Below are positions 8,702 to 20,176 of a stretch of 20,294 bases of DNA, piece after piece. A program made the translations under genes and the position numbers. The stretch spans positions 1 to 20,294 of the forward strand of contig NEEC01000296.1 in assembly GCA_002189035.1 (NCBI GenBank), in the 5' to 3' direction. The notes under the pieces are model-generated. The model saw nothing but the letters and a program-made list of their open reading frames with translations, had not been told where the DNA came from and made no database searches. Numbering within the stretch: the first letter of the stretch is position 1; each line of letters opens with the position of its first letter. The stretch comes from Utricularia gibba (lineage: Eukaryota > Plantae > Magnoliophyta).

Positions 8702-11700
8702 TCACGTGCACCCACATGATTTTTTCAACAACTTACTTTATACTTGAGCAGGCGGTCTTTGGGTGCACCTGGAACGGGACAAAGGTAAGGTTTGGCTTGC
8801 ACCGAGAGTTAGTTGTAGTCCGGCAAATAAAGTGATGTATTTATTATCGTTCGGTTTTCGGGGGCTGCCTACATGGTTTTTCAAGGAACCGCTTCTCGTT
8901 TTGTGGCGGCCAGTCTCGCTGGGAACTTGGTCCTTGACCCCGATTCTGTATGCTCATGAGGTCAACTGGATGCAAATCGATTAAAAAAAATGATGCATTT
9001 GTTTAAATTATGATGTCACGTGCACCCCACATGATTTTTTCAACAACTTACTTTATACTTGAGAGGCGGTCTTTGGGTGCACTGGAACGGGACAAAGGTA
9101 AGTTTGGCTTGGCCGAAGTTAGTTGTAGTCCGGCAAATAAAGTGATGTATTTATTATCGTTCGGTTTTCGGGGCTGCCTACATGGTTTTTCAAGGAACCG
9201 CTTCTCGTTTTGTGGCGGCCAGTCTCGCTGGAACTTGGTCCTTGACCCCGATTCTGTATGGCTCATGAGGTCAACTGGATGCAAATCGATTAAAAAAAAT
9301 GATGCATTTGTTTAAATTATGATGTCACGTGCACCCCACATGATTTTTTCAACAACTTACTTTATACTTGAGCAGGCGGTCTTTGGGTGCACCTGGAACG
9401 GGAAAAGGTAAGGTTTGGCTTGCACCGAGAGTTAGTTGTAGTCCGGCAAATAAAGTGATGTATTTATTATCGTTCGGTTTTCGGGGGCTGCCTACATGGT
9501 TTTTCAAGGAACCGCTTCTCGTTTTGTGGCGGCCAGTCTCGCTGGGAACTTGGTCCTTGACCCCGATTCTGTATGGCTCATGAGGTCAACTGGATGCAAA
9601 TCGATTAAAAAAAATGATGCATTTGTTTAAATTATGATGTCACGTGCACCCCACATGATTTTTTCAACAACTTACTTTATACTTGAGAGGCGGTCTTGGG
9701 GGGCACTTGGAACCGGAAAAAGGTCAGCTTAGGCTTGCCCAAAGTAAGTTGTAGTCCGGCAAATAAAGTGATGTATTTATTATCGTTCGGTTTTCGGGGC
9801 TGCCTACATGGTTTTTCAAGGAACCGCTTCTCGTTTTGTGGCGGCCAGTCTCGCTGGGAACTTGGTCCTTGACCCCGATTCTGTATGGCTCATGAGGTCA
9901 ACTGGATGCAAATCGATTAAAAAAATGATGCATTTGTTTAAATTATGATGTCACGTGCACCCCACATGATTTTTTCAACAACTTACTTTATACTTGAGCA
10001 GGCGGTCTTTGGGTGCACCTGGAACGGGACAAAGGTAAGGTTTGGCTTGCACGAGAGTTAGTTGTAGTCCGGCAAATAAAGTGATGTATTTATTATCGTT
10101 CGGTTTTCGGGGGCTGCCTACATGGTTTTTCAAGGAACCGCTTCTCGTTTTGTGGCGGCCAGTCTCGCTGGGAACTTGGTCCTTGACCCCGATTCTGTAT
10201 GGCTCATGAGGTCAACTGGATGCAAATCGATTAAAAAAATGATGCATTTGTTTAAATTAGATGTCACGTGCACCCCACATGATTTTTTAACAACTTACTT
10301 TATACTGAGGAGGCGGTCTTGGGGGCACTTGGAACCGGAAAAAGGTCAGCTTAGGCTTGCCCAAAGTAAGTTGTAGCCCGGCAAAGAAAGTGATGTATTT
10401 ATTAACGTTCGGTTTTCGGTGTTGCCTACATGGTTTTTCAAGGAACAGCTTCTCGTTTTGTGGCGGCCAGTCTCGCTAGGAACTTGGTCCCCCGATTCTT
10501 TATGGCTCATGAGGACAAAAGGATGCAAATCGATGAATACAATGTTGCATTTGTTTAAATTGCGATATCACGTGCACCCCACATGATTTTTTCAACAACT
10601 TACTTTATACTTGAGCAGGCGGTCTTTGGTGCACCTGGAACGGGACAAAGGTAAGGTTTGGCTTGCACCGAGAGTTAGTTGTAGTCCGGCAAATAAAGTG
10701 ATGTATTTATTATCGTTTTGTTTTCGGGGGCTGCCTACATGGTTTTCAAGGAACGCTTCTCGTTTTGTGGCGGCCAGTCTCGCTGGGAACTTGGTCCTTG
10801 ACCCCGATTCTGTATGCTCATGAGGTCAACTGGATGCAAATCGATTAAAAAAAATGATGCATTTGTTTAAATTACGATATCACGTGCACCCACATATTTT
10901 TTCAAACTCTTACTTTATACTTGAGGAGGGGTCTTGAACGGACAAAAGGCAACTTAGGCTTGGCCGAAAGTAAGTTGTAGCCCGGCAATAAAGTGATGTA
11001 TTTATTAACGTTCGGTTTTCGGGCTGCCTACATGGTTTTTCAAGGAACCGCTTCTCGTTTTGTGGCGGCCAGTCTCGCTGGGAACTTGGTCCTTGACCCC
11101 GATTCTGTATGGCTCATGAGGTCAACTGGATGCAAATCGATTAAAAAAATGATGCATTTGTTTAAATTATGATGTCACGTGCACCCCACATGATTTTTTC
11201 AACAACTTACTTTATACTTGAGAGGCGGTCTTTGGGTGCACTTGGAACCGGAAAAAGATCAGCTTAGGCCTTGCCCAAAGTAAGTTGTAGCCCGGCAAAG
11301 AAAGTGATGTATTTATTAACGTTCGGTTTTCGGTGTTGCCTACATGGTTTTTCAAGGAACAGCTTCTCGTTTTGTGGCGGCCAGTCTCGCTAGGAACTTG
11401 GTCCGGGCCCGCGATTCTTTATGGCTCATGAGGTCAACTGGATGCAAATCGATTAAAAAAATGATGCATTTGTTTAAATTGCGATATCACGTGCACCCCA
11501 CATGATTTTTTCAACAACTTACTTTATACTTGAGCAGGCGGTCTTTGGGTGCACCTGGAACGGACAAAGGTAAGGTTTGGCTTGCCCGAAGTTAGTTGTA
11601 GTCCGGCAAATAAAGTGATGTATTTATTATCGTTCGGTTTTCGGGGGCTGCCTACATGGTTTTTCAAGGAACCGCTTCTCGTTTTGTGGCGGCCAGTCTC

Positions 11701-11799
11701 GCTGGGAACTTGGTCCTTGACCCCGATTCTGTATGGCTCATGAGGTCAACTGGATGCAAATCGATTAAAAAAAATGATGCATTTGTTTAAATTACGATG

Positions 11800-14592
11800 T
11801 CACGTGCACCCCACATGATTTTTTAACAACTACTTTATACTGAGGAGGCGGTCTTGGGGGCACTTGGAACCGGAAAAAGGTCAGCTTAGGCTTGCCCAAA
11901 GTAAGTTGTAGCCCGGCAAATAAAGTGATGTATTTATTAACGTTCGGTTTTCGGGTTGCCTACATGGTTTTTCAAGGAACAGCTTCTCGTTTTGTGGCGC
12001 CAGTCTCGCTGGAACTTGGTCCGGGCCCCGATTCTTTATGGCTCATGAGGTCAACTGGATGCAAATCGATTAAAAAAAATGATGCATTTGTTTAAATTAC
12101 GATGTCACGTGCACCCCACATGATTTTTTCAACAACTTACTTTATACTTGAGCAGCGGTCTTTGGGTGCACCTGGAACGGGACAAAGGTAAGTTTGGCTT
12201 GCAGAGTTAGTTGTAGTCCGGCAAAAAAGTGATGTATTTATTATCGTTCGGTTTTCGGGGGCTGCCTACATGGTTTTTCAAGGAACAGCTTCTCGTTTTG
12301 TGGCGGCCAGTCTCGCTAGGAACTTGGTCCGGGCCCGATTCTTTATGGCTCATGAGGTCAACTGGATGCAAATCGATTAAAAAATGTTGCATTTGTTTAA
12401 ATTATGATGTCACGTGCACCCCACATGATTTTTTCAACAACTTACTTTATACTTGAGCAGGCGGTCTTTGGGTGCACCTGGAACGGGACAAAGGTAAGTT
12501 TGGCTTGCACCGAGAGTTAGTTGTAGTCCGGCAAATAAAGTGATGTATTTATTATCGTTCGGTTTTCGGGGCTGCCTACATGGTTTTTCAAGGAACCGCT
12601 TCTCGTTTTGTGGCGGCCAGTCTCGCTGGGAACTTGGTCCTTGACCCCGATTCTGTATGGCTCATGAGGTCAACTGGATGCAAATCGATTAAAAAAAATG
12701 ATGCATTTGTTTAAATTACGATGTCACGTGCACCCCACATGATTTTTTTAACAACATACTTTATACATGAGGAGGCGGTCTTGGGGGCACTTGGAACCGG
12801 AAAAAGGTCAGCTTAGGCTTGGCCCAAAGTAAGTTGTAGCCCGGCAAATAAAGTGATGTATTTATTAACGTTCGGTTTTCGGTGTTGCCTACATGGTTTT
12901 TCAAGGAACAGCTTCTCGTTTTGTGGCGGCCAGTCTCGCTAGGAACTTGGTCCGGGCCCGATTCTTTATGGCTCATGAGGTCAACTGGATGCAAATCGAT
13001 TAAAAAAAATGATCCATTTGTTTAAATTACGATGTCACGTGCACCCCACATGATTTTTTCAACAACTTACTTTATACTTGAGCAGCGGTCTTTGGGTGCA
13101 CCTGGAACGGGACAAAGGTAAGTTTGGCTTGCATCGAGAGTTAGTTGTAGTCCGGCAAAAAAAGTGATGTATTTATTATCGTTCGGTTTTCGGGGCTGCC
13201 TACATGGTTTTTCAAGGAACAGCTTCTCGTTTTGTGGCGGCCAGTCTCGCTAGGAACTTGGTCCTGGGCCCGCGATTCTTTATGGCTCATGAGGACAAAA
13301 GGATGCAAATCGATGAATGATGCATTTGTTTAAATTATGATGTCACGTGCACCCCACATGATTTTTTCAACAACTTACTTTATACTTGAGCAGGCGGTCT
13401 TTGGGTGCACCTGGAACGGGACAAAGGTAAGTTTGGCTTGCACCGAGAGTTAGTTGTAGTCCGGCAAATAAAGTGATGTATTTATTATCGTTCGGTTTTC
13501 GGGGCTGCCTACATGGTTTTTCAAGGAACCGCTTCTCGTTTTGTGGCGGCCAGTCTCGCTGGGAACTTGGTCCTTGACCCGATTCTGTATGGCTCATGAG
13601 GTCAACTGGATGCAAATCGATTAAAAAAAATGATGCATTTGTTTAAATTATGATGTCACGTGCACCCCACATGATTTTTTAACAAAATACTTTATACTGA
13701 GGAGGCGGTCTTGGGGGGCACTTGGAACCGGAAAAAGGTCAGCTTAGGCCTTGGCCCAAAGTAAGTTGTAGCCCGGCAAAGAAAGTGATGTATTTATTAA
13801 CGTTCGGTTTTCGGTGTTGCCTACATGGTTTTTCAAGGAACAGCTTCTCGTTTTGTGGCGGCCAGTCTCGCTAGGAACTTGGTCCGGGCCCGCGATTCTT
13901 TATGGCTCATGAGGTCAACTGGATGCAAATCGATTAAAAAAAATGATCATTTGTTTAAATTACGATGTCACGTGCACCCCACATGATTTTTTCAACAACT
14001 TACTTTATACTTGAGCAGGCGGTCTTTGGGTGCACCTGGAACGGGACAAAGGTAAGGTTTGGCTTGCACCGAGAGTTAGTTGTAGTCCGGCAAAAAAGTG
14101 ATGTATTTATTATCGTTCGGTTTTCGGGGGCTGCCTACATGGTTTTTCAAGGAACCGCTTCTCGTTTTGTGGCGGCCAGTCTCGCTGGGAACTTGGTCCT
14201 TGACCCCGATTCTGTATGGCTCATGAGGTCAACTGGATGCAAATCGATTAAAAAAAATGATCCATTTGTTTAAATTATGATGTCACGTGCACCCCACATG
14301 ATTTTTTCAACAACTTACTTTATACTTGAGAAGGCGGTCTTTGGGTGCACTTGGAACCGGAAAAAGATCAGCTTAGGCCTTGCCCAAAGTAAGTTGTAGC
14401 CCGGCAAAGAAAGTGATGTATTTATTAACGTTCGGTTTTCGGGTTGCCTACATGGTTTTTCAAGGAACAGCTTCTCGTTTTGTGGCGGCCAGTCTCGCTA
14501 GGAACTTGGTCCGGCCCCGATTCTGTTATGGCTCATGAGGACAAAGGATGCAAATCGATGAATACAATGTTGCATTTGTTTAAATTGCGATA
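11800..14592 (+). repeat. Local 3-monomer periodicity (~925-935 bp), each unit led by a B monomer with an A-type tail
   Basis: B' monomers at 11800, 12724 and 13656. Each is followed by a monomer carrying the variant GGCAAAAAA(A)GTG (12105, 13035, 13968). The third member of the unit is not constant. Confidence 0.6.
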
Positions 14593-17500
14593 TCACGTGC
14601 ACCCCACATGATTTTTTCAACAACTTACTTTATACTTGAGCAGGCGGTCTTTGGGTGCACCTGGAACGGGACAAAGGTAAGCTTTGGCTTGCACCGAGAG
14701 TTAGTTGTAGTCCGGCAAATAAAGTGATGTATTTATTATCGTTCGGTTTTCGGGGGCTGCCTACATGGTTTTTCAAGGAACAGCTTCTCGTTTTGTGGCG
14801 GCCAGTCTCGCTAGGAACTTGGTCCTGGGCCCGCGATTCTTTATGGCTCATGAGGACAAAAGGATGCAAATCGATGAATAAATGTTGCATTTGTTTAAAT
14901 TATGATGTCACGTGCACCCCACATGATTTTTTCAACAACTTACTTTATACTTGAGCAGGCGGTCTTTGGGTGCACCTGGAACGGGACAAAGGTAAGTTTG
15001 GCTTGCACCGAGAGTTAGTTGTAGTCCGGCAAATAAAGTGATGTATTTATTATCGTTCGGTTTTCGGGGGCTGCCTACATGGTTTTTCAAGGAACCGCTT
15101 CTCGTTTTGTGGCGGCCAGTCTCGCTGGGAACTTGGTCCTTGACCCCGATTCTGTTCTCATGAGGTCAACTGGATGCAAATCGATTAAAAAAAATGATGC
15201 ATTTGTTTAAATTATGATGTCACGTGCACCCCACATGATTTTTTCAACAACTTACTTTATACTTGAGCAGGCGGTCTTGGGTGCACCTGGAACGGGACAA
15301 AGGTAAGTTTGGCTTGCACCGAGAGTTAGTTGTAGTCCGGCAAATAAAGTGATGTATTTATTATCGTTCGGTTTTCGGGGCTGCCTACATGGTTTTTCAA
15401 GGAACCGCTTCTCGTTTTGTGGCGGCCAGTCTCGCTGGGAACTTGGTCCTTGACCCCGATTCTGTATGGCTCATGAGGTCAACTGGATGCAAATCGATTA
15501 AAAAAAATGATGCATTTGTTTAAATTATGATGTCACGTGCACCCCACATGATTTTTTCAACAACTTACTTTATACTTGAGCAGGCGGTCTTTGGGTGCAC
15601 CTGGAACGGGACAAAGGTAAGGTTTGGCTTGCACCGAGAGTTAGTTGTAGTCCGGCAAATAAAGTGATGTATTTATTATCGTTCGGTTTTCGGGGGCTGC
15701 CTACATGGTTTTTCAAGGAACCGCTTCTCGTTTTGTGGCGGCCAGTCTCGCTGGGAACTTGGTCCTTGACCCCGATTCTGTATGCTCATGAGGTCAACTG
15801 GATGCAAATCGATTAAAAAAATGATGCATTTGTTTAAATTATGATGTCACGTTGATTTTTTCAACAACTTACTTTATACTTGTCTTGGGGCACTTGGAAC
15901 CGGAAAAGGTCAGCTTAGGCCTTGGCCCAAAGTAAGTTGTAGTCCGGCAAATAAAGTGATGTATTTATTATCGTTCGGTTTTCGGGTGCCTACATGGTTT
16001 TTCAAGGAACCTTCTCGTTTTGTGGCGGCCAGTCTCGCTGGGAACTTGGTCCTTGACCCCGATTCTGTATGCTCATGAGGTCAACTGGATGCAAATCGAT
16101 TAAAAAAATGATGCATTTGTTTAAATTATGATGTCACGTGCACCCCACATGATTTTTTCAACAACTTACTTTATACTTGAGCAGGCGGTCTTGGGTGCAC
16201 TGGAACGGGACAAAGGTTTTGGCTTGCACCGAGAGTTAGTTGTAGTCCGGCAAATAAAGTGATGTATTTATTATCGTTCGGTTTTCGGGGGCTGCCTACA
16301 TGGTTTTTCAAGGAACCGCTTCTCGTTTTGTGGCGGCCAGTCTCGCTGGGAACTTGGTCCTTGACCCCGATTCTGTATGGCTCATGAGGTCAACTGGATG
16401 CAAATCGATTAAAAAAAATGATGCATTTGTTTAAATTATGATGTCACGTGCACCCCACATGATTTTTTTAACAACTTACTTTATACTTGAGGAGGCGGTC
16501 TTGGGGCACTGGAACCGGAAAAAGATCAGCTTAGGCCTTGGCCCAAAGTAAGTTGTAGCCCGGCAAAGAAAGTGATGTATTTATTAACGTTCGGTTTTCG
16601 TGTTGCCTACATGGTTTTTCAAGGAACAGCTTCTCGTTTTGTGGCGGCCAGTCTCGCTAGGAACTTGGTCCGGGCCCGCGATTCTTTATGGCTCATGAGG
16701 ACAAAAGGATGCAAATCGATGAATACAATGTTGCATTTGTTTAAATTGCGATATCACGTGCACCCCACATGATTTTTTCAACAACTTACTTTATACTTGA
16801 GCAGGCGGTCTTTGGGTGCACCTGGAACGGGACAAAGGTAAGTTTGGCTTGCACCGAGAGTTAGTTGTAGTCCGGCAAATAAAGTGATGTATTTATTATC
16901 GTTCGGTTTTCGGGGGCTGCCTACATGGTTTTTCAAGGAACCGCTTCTCGTTTTGTGGCGGCCAGTCTCGCTGGGAACTTGGTCCTTGACCCCGATTCTG
17001 TATGCTCATGAGGTCAACTGGATGCAAATCGATTAAAAAAAATGATGCATTTGTTTAAATTATGATGTCACGTGCACCCCACATGATTTTTTCAACAACT
17101 TACTTTATACTTGAGCAGGCGGTCTTTGGGTGCACCTGGAACGGGACAAAGGTAAGGTTTGGCTTGCATCGAGAGTTAGTTGTAGTCCGGCAAATAAAGT
17201 GATGTATTTATTATCGTTCGGTTTTCGGGGGCTGCCTACATGGTTTTTCAAAACAGCTTCTCGTTTTGTGGCGGCCAGTCTCGCTGAACTTGGTCTGGGC
17301 CCGCGATTCTTTATGGCTCATGAGGACAAAAGGATGCAAATCGATGAATACAATGTTGCATTTGTTTAAATTGCGATATCACGTGCACCCCACATGATTT
17401 TTTCAACAACTTACTTTATACTTGAGCAGGCGGTCTTTGGGCACCTGGAACGGGACAAAGGTAAGGTTTGGCTTGCACCGAGAGTTAGTTGTAGTCCGCA

Positions 17501-19556
17501 AATAAAGTGATGTATTTATTATCGTTCGTTTTCGGGGGCTGCCTACATGGTTTTCAAGGAACGCTTCTCGTTTTGTGGCGGCCAGTCTCGCTGGGAACTT
17601 GGTCCTTGACCCCGATTCTGTATTGCTCATGAGGTCAACGGATGCAAATGATTAAAAAAAATGATGCATTTGTTTAAATTATGATATCACGTGCACCCAC
17701 ATGATTTTTTCAAAACTTACTTTATACTTGAGGAGGTGGTCTTTGGGGGAAGAGGAACGGAAAAAAGGCAACTTAGGCTTGGCCGAAAGTAAGTTGTAGC
17801 CCGGCAATGAAAGTGATGTATTTATTAACGTTCGGTTTTCGGGGCTGCCTACATGGTTTTTCAAGGAACCGCTTCTCGTTTTGTGGCGGCCAGTCTCGCT
17901 GGGAACTTGGTCCTTGACCCCGATTCTGTATGGCTCATGAGGTCAACTGGATGCAAATCGATTAAAAAAAATGATCCATTTGTTTAAATTATGATGTCAC
18001 GTGCACCCCACATGATTTTTTCAACAACTTACTTTATACTTGAGAAGGCGGTCTTTGGGTGCACTTGGAACGGAAAAAGGTCAGCTTAGGCTTGGCCCAA
18101 AGTAAGTTGTAGTCCGGCAAATAAAGTGATGTATTTATTATCGTTCGGTTTTCGGGGCTGCCTACATGGTTTTTCAAGGAACCGCTTCTCGTTTTGTGGC
18201 GGCCAGTCTCGCTGGGAACTTGGTCCTTGACCCCGATTCTGTATGCTCATGAGGTCAACTGGATGCAAATCGATTAAAAAAAATGATGCATTTGTTTAAA
18301 TTATGATGTCACGTGCACCCCACATGATTTTTTCAACAACTTACTTTATACTTGAGCAGGCGGTCTTTGGGTGCACCTGGAACGGACAAAGTAAGGTTTG
18401 GCTTGCACCGAGAGTTAGTTGTAGTCCGGCAAATAAAGTGATGTATTTATTATCGTTCGGTTTTCGGGGGCTGCCTACATGGTTTTTCAAGGAACCGCTT
18501 CTCGTTTGTGGGGCCAGTCTCGCTGGGAACTTGGTCCTTGACCCCGATTCTGTATTGCTCATGAGGTCAACTGGATGCAAATCGATTAAAAAAAATGATC
18601 CATTTGTTTAAATTACGATGTCACGTGCACCCCACATGATTTTTTTAACAACAACTTTATACTGAGGAGGCGGTCTTGGGGCACTGGGAACCGGAAAAAG
18701 ATCAGCTTAGGCCTTGCCCAAAGTAAGTTGTAGCCCGGCAAAGAAAGTGATGTATTTATTAACGTTCGGTTTTCGTGTTGCCTACATGGTTTTTCAAGGA
18801 ACAGCTTCTCGTTTTGTGGCGGCCAGTCTCGCTAGGAACTTGGTCCGGGCCCGCGATTCTTTATGGCTCATGAGGACAAAAGGATGCAAATCGATGAATA
18901 CAATGTTGCATTTGTTTAAATTGCGATATCACGTGCACCCCACATGATTTTTTTCAACAACTTACTTTATACTTGAGCAGGCGGTCTTTGGGTGCACCTG
19001 GAACGGGACAAAGGTAAGGTTTGGCTTGCACCGAGAGTTAGTTGTAGTCCGGCAAATAAAGTGATGTATTTATTATCGTTCGGTTTTCGGGGCTGCCTAC
19101 ATGGTTTTTCAAGGAACCGCTTCTCGTTTTTGGCGGCCAGTCTCGCTGGGAACTTGGTCCTTGACCCCGATTCTGTATGCTCATTAGGTCAACTGGATGC
19201 AAATCGATTAAAAAAAATGATGCATTTGTTTAAATTATGATGTCACGTGCACCCCACATGATTTTTTCAACAACTTACTTTATACTTGAGCAGGCGGTCT
19301 TTGGGTGCACCTGGAACGGGACAAAGGTAAGGTTTGGCTTGCATCGAGAAGTTAGTTGTAGTCCGGCAAATAAAGTGATGTATTTATTATCGTTCGGTTT
19401 TCGGGGGCTGCCTACATGGTTTTTCAAGGAACAGCTTCTCGTTTGTGGCGGCCAGTCTCGCTAGGAACTTGTCTGGGCCCGCGATTCTTTATGGCTCATG
19501 AGGACAAAAGGATGCAAATCGATGAATACAATGTTGCATTTGTTTAAATTGCGATA

Positions 19557-19867
19557 TCACGTGCACCCCACATCATTTTTTCAACAACTTACTTTATACT
19601 TGAGCAGGCGGTCTTTCGGTGCACCTGGAACGGGCAAAGGTAAGGTTTGCTTGCACCGAGAGTTAGTTGTAGTCCGACAAATAAAGTGATGTATTTATTA
19701 TCGTTTTTTTCGGGGCTGCCTACATGGTTATTCAAGGAACAGCTTCTCGTTTTGTGGCGGCCAGTCTCGCTGGGAACTTGGTCCTTGACCCCGATTCTGT
19801 ATTGCTCATGAGGTCAACCGGATGCAAATGAATTAAAAAAAATGATGCATTTGTTTAAATTACGATA
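19557..19867 (+). repeat. Representative class D monomer, an A derivative that always precedes C (others at 1560, 3721, 6838, 10568, 17379)
   Basis: All six lose the GG of TTCGGTTTTC (read as TTCGTTTT, TTTTGTTTT or TTTTTTT). Five of the six end in TTACGAT and the sixth (17379) in TTATGATATC. The right-hand copies add TATTGCTC and AAATGA(A)TT. Confidence 0.75.
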
Positions 19868-20176
19868 TCACGTGCACCCCTACATAATTTTCAAACTCTT
19901 ACTTTATACTTGAGGAGGTGGTCTTGGGGGAAGAGGAACTGGACAAAAGGCAACTTAGGCTTGGGCCGAAAGTAAGTTGTAGCCGGCAATGAATGTGATG
20001 TATTTATTAAGTTCGGTTTTCGCGGGCTGCCTACATGGTTTTTCAAGGAACCGCTTCTCGTTTTGTGCGGCCAGTCTCGCTGGGAACTTGGTCCTTGACC
20101 CCGATTCTGTATGGCTCATGAGGTCAACTGGATGCAAATCGATTAAAAAAAATGATCCATTTGTTTAAATTATGAG
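19868..20176 (+). repeat. Representative class C monomer (others at 1869, 4034, 7153, 10880, 17687)
   Basis: Distinct first half (CAAACTCTTAC, GAGGAGGTGG, GGGGAAGAGGAAC, CAAAAGGCAACTTAGG, GCCGAAAG, GCAATGAA) joined to an A-type second half. The left-hand copies carry only part of this signature; GCC(C)GAAAG, GGACAAA and GTAAGTTGTAGCC are the stable markers. Confidence 0.85.

Larger units (their letters stand above)
15847..20176 (+). repeat. Two tandem copies of a 7-monomer higher-order repeat (BA-A-B-A-AB-D-C), period ~2.15-2.18 kb
   Basis: The class order at 15847-17996 equals the order at 17997-20176. Rare variants are shared at matching positions: TTTTCGTGTTG in the two B monomers (16444, 18621) and GCATCGAG in the two AB monomers (17068, 19243). 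Confidence 0.8.

Noticed and set aside
19913-19930. Two-tetrad G-quadruplex-like GGAGGTGGTCTTGGGGG in C (GGAGGCGGTCTTGG in B)
   Set aside because: Only GG runs, not the G3+ pattern. Such motifs are common and weakly stable, and G-run lengths here are unreliable.
63-20137. All ORFs in the provided track (e.g. the MHLERDKGKVWLAPRVSCSPANK... and MHPVDLMSHTESG... families)
   Set aside because: They are 60-102 aa readings of the same monomer on both strands. Frames are broken differently in each copy by 1-nt indels, I recognise no domain, and variants show no codon-position bias that I can see.
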